NCBI GenBank assembly: GCA_910584635.1
Contig: CAJUBA010000001.1
Coordinates: forward strand, 330,520-394,519
Origin: an uncultured Christensenella sp.
GTDB lineage: Bacteria; Bacillota; Clostridia; Christensenellales; UBA3700
Direction of reading: 5' to 3'
DNA: 64,000 bases
Positions 59,678 through 64,000 of the stretch are shown here, piece after piece; the first letter of the stretch is position 1; every line of letters starts with the position of its first letter. Under the pieces are notes generated by a model that ran no database searches, had not been told where the DNA came from, and saw only the letters and a program-made list of their open reading frames with translations. The position numbers and the translations under genes were made by a program.

Positions 59678-59760
59678 CTAGGCGGGAACTCGACTGATAG
59701 ATTAGCAATTACATTTTATTAAAATGTGATTGCGATAAACTAAGTCGTAGTGAACGCCAA

Positions 59761-59847
59761 GTCGAAGAATCTAATATAATTAAGAATCAGTATAAAATAA
59801 GAGTCCGACTAAAATCGAAACGAAGTGTAGATTTTACGACTGGTCGG
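59761..59847 (+). repeat. 87-nt repeat unit, copy 3
   Basis: Identical to 59591-59677 at 85/87. The two copies are 170 bp apart start to start. Confidence 0.85.
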
Positions 59848-59856
59848 AAAATATTT

Positions 59857-59890
59857 ACGCCCCAAAAGCATTTACCTTCGGGGCGTTTTA
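59857..59890. terminator. hairpin between the repeat cluster and the M60-like gene
   Basis: ACGCCCC-16 nt-GGGGCGT followed by TTTTAATTT on the + strand. The T-tract on the minus strand is weaker. Confidence 0.5.
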
Positions 59891-59929
59891 ATTTGCGTTG
59901 TTGCGTTTAACAAGCGTAATAATTTATCT

Positions 59930-62900
59930 TCATTTGAATATCGCTATCGAGTCGATACTTGCCTTGCCTTTACACTTGATTTCCACCTTGTGTTTTCCGC
60001 TTTCAAGTATTTCCGATAGATAAGAAACGTAAATATCGTCCTTTTCCGATTTAAGTTCCAACGAAGATATGACTTTTCCGTCTATCTTTACTTCAAATTT
60101 ATTATCGTAATTCGAAGAAGACAGTATCGCAAAGTTTGTTCCTTCAAACTCAAACGTCATCGTATCGCCTTTCTTTCCGATGTAAACGTGTCCGAACATA
60201 GAATACGCTTGAGCGCTGCTCCACTTATTACTGAATTTGAACATTTCATTATCAGGAGAGAAGAGGTTGTTTCCGTCGCCTTGGAATCTCAAAGTATTTG
60301 AGAACGTCAAGCCGTTCAAAGCGCATCTACCGTTGCCGGTCGCAGTTATGGTTAATCTGTAATAGCGGAACGTATAAGACTTACCGTCTTTTAGCAAGAA
60401 ATCTTTGCTTACAGCAGGTTGACCTTGCCCTGTCCACGTTCCCATATCAAAATATTCCGTTCCGTCTAAACTTCCTTCCAACGTGAAGTTTTGCGGGAAT
60501 CCTTTGCTATTGCTTCCGGTTTGCAAATAGGTATAAAGCGTCATGGAATTAGCCGTTATCGTTTCGCCTATATCGAAAGCGAGAATTGCCGGTTTGTTTG
60601 CCGAAACGCCCCAATCCCGAGAGAAATGTATTCCCGTATCGGATTTTCCGTCGAATAGATTATCGATAGAATGCTGTGTCGGATCCCACGCCATGTAATT
60701 GCAATACGATGTCGGAGTCTGTTTCTTGCCCTCGGTTACTACTACGGTATCTCCTACATAATTGTAATTATACTTTCTTGTATAGAAATAATCCGCTTCG
60801 AATTCTTTGTTCGGGAATTCATAGTCGCTTCTGTACGCGGTAACGTAAGAGGCTTTTGTAGGAGGTATCAATTCGGCTTTATTCGCTTCTTCTTCGCTTA
60901 CCTCTCTTCCCATATAGTCGTAGTACTTAATACCGATTACGTTGCCATCTTCGTCTTTGATTTCATGAATCGTAAACATCGGTTCCGTCCACTGAGCATA
61001 TCCCAGTCCCATATAACTTATCGCAGGCGAAGATTGAATAATAAGCACCGACTTGAAATAAACCCAACTTTCGGCTCCTACTTCAATATCTACGTAAGTA
61101 TTCGGATCGCCAGTTCTGAACAAGTGGCTGTTGTTTACCAACGTTTTGATTTTTCCGCCCAGTTGATAATTATCTTCGTTGCCTATCGAATAGTACATAG
61201 CGCAGTTTATTCTACCTCTCAAATACAAACGGTACTTACCTGCGTCTTTGAAATAAAGTTTGCCTTTTACTTCCGCTATCGTATTGTCTTTTACGACATA
61301 AGGCGAATCTTTGTACTGGTCGTTGTTGGGATACAGCCAAATATCGGTATTACTGTTTTGCGTTCCGTTTAGATTATCTCCCTCGGTCTTGGATGAATAG
61401 TTTGCGTAATTGTTTTCATACGCTACTTCCGCGTCGGTATACATACTACCCGCGTCGTAGGTATATGTCGTTCTTTGAAGCACAAACTTGTTCTTCTCAT
61501 GCGTCTGTTCGAATCCGAGTACCAAATCTACGTCGTCAACCTTAAACGACGGATCGTCGTCTTTGGTAATTTGCAACGTTACTATGATGTCTCCCGAATT
61601 CATTTCTTTTTTATCTGGCGTATAAGTATATACGTTGTTTCCTTTCGGCGTAACGCTTCCGTATTGAGGTTGCTTAACGTCTTTAATCTTATAGGAAAAT
61701 CCTTTCGGCAACTTAATGCTTCCGCTAAGATACTGTCCGCTTTCGTCCGTATAAGGATTAAGATCGAAATCAAAATCCTCTCCGTAATTTATAACGTACG
61801 GCTGCATAGTAGTAATATACTGTTTCTCGCCGTCGTACATATAACTTCTTCCCGTCTGATATACTGACGATACGGGAACGAATTTAGAGTATTCGGGATT
61901 GCTCAACTCTTGCGCTTCCGCTTCGCTTATACCTTGCAATAGGTCTTTGAAATAATACGTCATGTCGTTGTGAGTAACTTCTTGCCATGCTTTGAGATAA
62001 GCGACGTAGTTTTGTCCGCCTCTTTGGTGCGTCTTTGCCTGTATATATTTGTCAGGTCCGAAGTTGTGAAGCAAGGTAGCGTACAAAGCAAGTCCTTGTT
62101 TGCCGTTGCTAGGCGAACCGCCCGCGGATATTTTAAGCACTTCTTCGAGCGCCCAAGTCGCGCTTGTATAACTGTTCCAACCGCCTAAACCTTCTGCTCC
62201 GTTACTGCCCAATCCTCTTGACGAGGATATTTTTGTAAATAGCGCGTACGATACCAACGTCATACCGTTATTGGTAACCTCGCCTCCGTTTCCTACTCCG
62301 TATCCTTGGAAGTTGTGGTGATATTCGTGGAAGTTACCCCATGAACCCGAAGTCGTTATGCTCTTGTAATTTAACGAGGACGCCATCCATCCTGTCGGGC
62401 AGTTAACCGCGCCCTGACCGGGGAACGCAACCGCCGCGCCTGCCGCTACGAACGGGTCATATAGGAAGACTATTCCCTGCGAATTGCCAGTGGTGGTAAC
62501 CAAAGATACCTTCTCCCAAAGCACTGCCGCCTTATACAGGTCATCGTAACTGAAAGGTTCGGAATATTTCTTCGGACCGGAATGAAGCACTCCGTTGTCC
62601 CAAACTTCAAGATCGAAATAAGGAGCGGTCGACTCAGCGTTTCTTTCAAACTCGTCCTTAGTGGTATATCCGAGTATAAAGTGAGAATAATTCACGCCTC
62701 CCGAAACTGTTATCTTGAAAGATACCGATTCGTTACGCACATATATAGGACCGCCGACAAACGAACCGATATAAGCGGTATATACTCCGTCTTTAAGCGT
62801 TGCGGTATCGGGCGTAACCGACATCGTATTCATTATTACGGGGAAACGTTGCATCTGTCCTTTTGCCGTCCAGATATTATTTGCTTTTCCGTTGTAAAGC

Positions 62901-64000
62901 GCTTGACCGATGTGGAACGTAATTCCGCCGGTGGCTTTCATATCCTTTTCGCTGATTTCAACTTTAATAACTTCGCCTGCGGGAGCGTAAAGTCCGGTAA
63001 CGTTGTATCCTCTGGTATAACTGCGCGGACGGAAAATCATTTCCTTAACAACACCCGGTTCGCTGTCCGAAACGTCGCCGAAATACAGGCCTTCCGCAGT
63101 CGTATGCCGATACAACTGTCTATGTTGGCTTTTGGTATCAACGGTAGGTATAGGCTCTGACGTCGTACCTCTGTAAAGATAGCCGTCTTTGTCCATCCAC
63201 GTAAAGTTGCCGCCTCCGCCGTTCCAAGTTCCCGTAGCGGTGAGATAACTCGATTCGTTTATCAACGCCTGTCTATCGGCGTCGTGTTCCGCGCCTATAA
63301 CGGACGAAAGCGTATATCCGTACTTAGGATATGCGGGCAAGCCCTCGTTTTTCACTTCGCTTACAGGTCTAACTCTCTTGATAGTCGAAATCTGTTTGCC
63401 GTAATATCCTACGACAGTCGTAGTTGAATAATCATATTTATACGCGTCTGCTCTTCCGTTTTGACAAGACTTAACACCGAGTATGATTCCCAAAATTATT
63501 GCAAATACAACCGCCGCGCACACTACTCCGATAATTATGCTTTTCTTCTTTTGCTTGCTCATCTGAGCATGTTGAGGCGACTTGTTTTTGTCTTTACCCT
63601 TTTTATCGTTATTCTTCGTAGCGGAACTGTCGTCTTTAACGGTCTTTTTCGAAGTCTTTTCTTTGCTTTCCGTTACTTCTTTATTCGTTTTAACGCCGTT
63701 TGGCTGCTCGTTTTTTTCTTTCGCTGAAACAGAAGACTTTTCCGTCTTTGCTTTCTCGCTCTTGGATACTCCGTCTTTAACGCTTGCCGCAAGAACTTCC
63801 TCTTCTGCGTGTTTAGCCGAAGATTTCGCTTTGGGTTTATCCTCTGTCGACTTTTTATCCGTTTTATTAGCCGTATTCCCTTTGGTTTTTGCTTCGGGGG
63901 GGGCGACTACGTTTTCCGTCTTAACGTTCTTAGCAGACTTAACGCTCTTTTCTGCCGTCGCTTTACTCTCCGTTGCCTTGGACTTTGAAGCGGTCTGCTT
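59930..64000 (-). CDS. membrane-anchored M60-like (enhancin-type) zinc metallopeptidase with CBM32/discoidin domain; the 5' end probably lies outside the window
   Basis: HEYHH..E zinc motif (62315-62329) in a WGNFHEYHHNFQGYGVGNGGE context. The C-terminus has an F5/8-type C-like segment (NLFDGKSDTGIHF..FPQNFTLEGSLDG). A TM helix IIIGVVCAAVVFAIILGIILGV is present. The frame remains open with no stop from 63563 to 64000. Confidence 0.8.
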   Translation of the reverse strand, partial: KQTASKSKATESKATAEKSVKSAKNVKTENVVAPPEAKTKGNTANKTDKKSTEDKPKAKSSAKHAEEEVLAASVKDGVSKSEKAKTEKSSVSAKEKNEQPNGVKTNKEVTESKEKTSKKTVKDDSSATKNNDKKGKDKNKSPQHAQMSKQKKKSIIIGVVCAAVVFAIILGIILGVKSCQNGRADAYKYDYSTTTVVGYYGKQISTIKRVRPVSEVKNEGLPAYPKYGYTLSSVIGAEHDADRQALINESSYLTATGTWNGGGGNFTWMDKDGYLYRGTTSEPIPTVDTKSQHRQLYRHTTAEGLYFGDVSDSEPGVVKEMIFRPRSYTRGYNVTGLYAPAGEVIKVEISEKDMKATGGITFHIGQALYNGKANNIWTAKGQMQRFPVIMNTMSVTPDTATLKDGVYTAYIGSFVGGPIYVRNESVSFKITVSGGVNYSHFILGYTTKDEFERNAESTAPYFDLEVWDNGVLHSGPKKYSEPFSYDDLYKAAVLWEKVSLVTTTGNSQGIVFLYDPFVAAGAAVAFPGQGAVNCPTGWMASSLNYKSITTSGSWGNFHEYHHNFQGYGVGNGGEVTNNGMTLVSYALFTKISSSRGLGSNGAEGLGGWNSYTSATWALEEVLKISAGGSPSNGKQGLALYATLLHNFGPDKYIQAKTHQRGGQNYVAYLKAWQEVTHNDMTYYFKDLLQGISEAEAQELSNPEYSKFVPVSSVYQTGRSYMYDGEKQYITTMQPYVINYGEDFDFDLNPYTDESGQYLSGSIKLPKGFSYKIKDVKQPQYGSVTPKGNNVYTYTPDKKEMNSGDIIVTLQITKDDDPSFKVDDVDLVLGFEQTHEKNKFVLQRTTYTYDAGSMYTDAEVAYENNYANYSSKTEGDNLNGTQNSNTDIWLYPNNDQYKDSPYVVKDNTIAEVKGKLYFKDAGKYRLYLRGRINCAMYYSIGNEDNYQLGGKIKTLVNNSHLFRTGDPNTYVDIEVGAESWVYFKSVLIIQSSPAISYMGLGYAQWTEPMFTIHEIKDEDGNVIGIKYYDYMGREVSEEEANKAELIPPTKASYVTAYRSDYEFPNKEFEADYFYTRKYNYNYVGDTVVVTEGKKQTPTSYCNYMAWDPTQHSIDNLFDGKSDTGIHFSRDWGVSANKPAILAFDIGETITANSMTLYTYLQTGSNSKGFPQNFTLEGSLDGTEYFDMGTWTGQGQPAVSKDFLLKDGKSYTFRYYRLTITATGNGRCALNGLTFSNTLRFQGDGNNLFSPDNEMFKFSNKWSSAQAYSMFGHVYIGKKGDTMTFEFEGTNFAILSSSNYDNKFEVKIDGKVISSLELKSEKDDIYVSYLSEILESGKHKVEIKCKGKASIDSIAIFK

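Noticed and set aside
59496-59847. CRISPR array or Cas12a-type repeat, because the unit tail ACGAAGTGTAGAT resembles the 3' end of some type V-A repeats
   Set aside because: The units are 87 nt long and irregularly spaced (95 and 170 bp). The partner strand of the Cas12a stem (TCTAC) is absent. No cas genes are in the window.

Overview
This 64 kb window looks like chromosomal DNA from a low-GC, Firmicutes/Clostridia-like bacterium. That placement is an inference from gene content, tRNAs with encoded CCA, T-box leaders and GGAGG-type ribosome binding sites. About 55 protein genes are supported, most on the minus strand, plus 2 tRNAs.

Main blocks, left to right:
- Partial flavodoxin-like gene, nnr, recX, and a YgiQ-type radical SAM gene.
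- A seven-gene purine operon, purE-C-M-N-H-D-L.
- icd, ddl, an unusual murF, an alpha/beta hydrolase, rimI, tsaB and tsaE.
- An FMN riboswitch with ribU; rsfS; a fused nadD-yqeK.
- A lysine riboswitch with asd-dapA-dapB.
- An ABC-2 exporter; a DnaD/DnaB-type gene plus a DnaI-like loader pair; a long rho; an MBL hydrolase; a long Prs-like gene; yitT.
- A GH29 fucosidase and a 1082-aa GLUG lipoprotein.
- A small accessory or decaying block (rubrerythrin, a carbonic-anhydrase relic, a frameshifted lipoprotein, VOC, GNAT, small membrane proteins) beside tRNA-Ala and tRNA-Val.
- A TetR-ABC(FtsX) module.
- A Trp T-box with trpB2 and a cupin gene; an Asn T-box with asnB.
- GH2 lacZ; a SLOG/XRE divergent pair; and a very large membrane-anchored M60-like/CBM32 protease that runs off the right edge.

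No transposase, integrase, CRISPR array, rRNA or recognisable defence system was seen.

The observations most worth following up are:
- A tight cluster of perfect DnaA boxes upstream of the pur operon.
- A dispersed 87-nt structured repeat family, with 1 copy at 28.4 kb and a cluster at 59.4-59.85 kb.
- A MurF whose N-terminal domain is replaced by a polytopic membrane domain.
- A DnaI-like loader with degenerate Walker motifs.
- Four cis-regulatory RNAs that the ORF track mis-reads as coding sequence.

All coordinates and motif matches were read by eye from the sequence. No database search or folding program was run.
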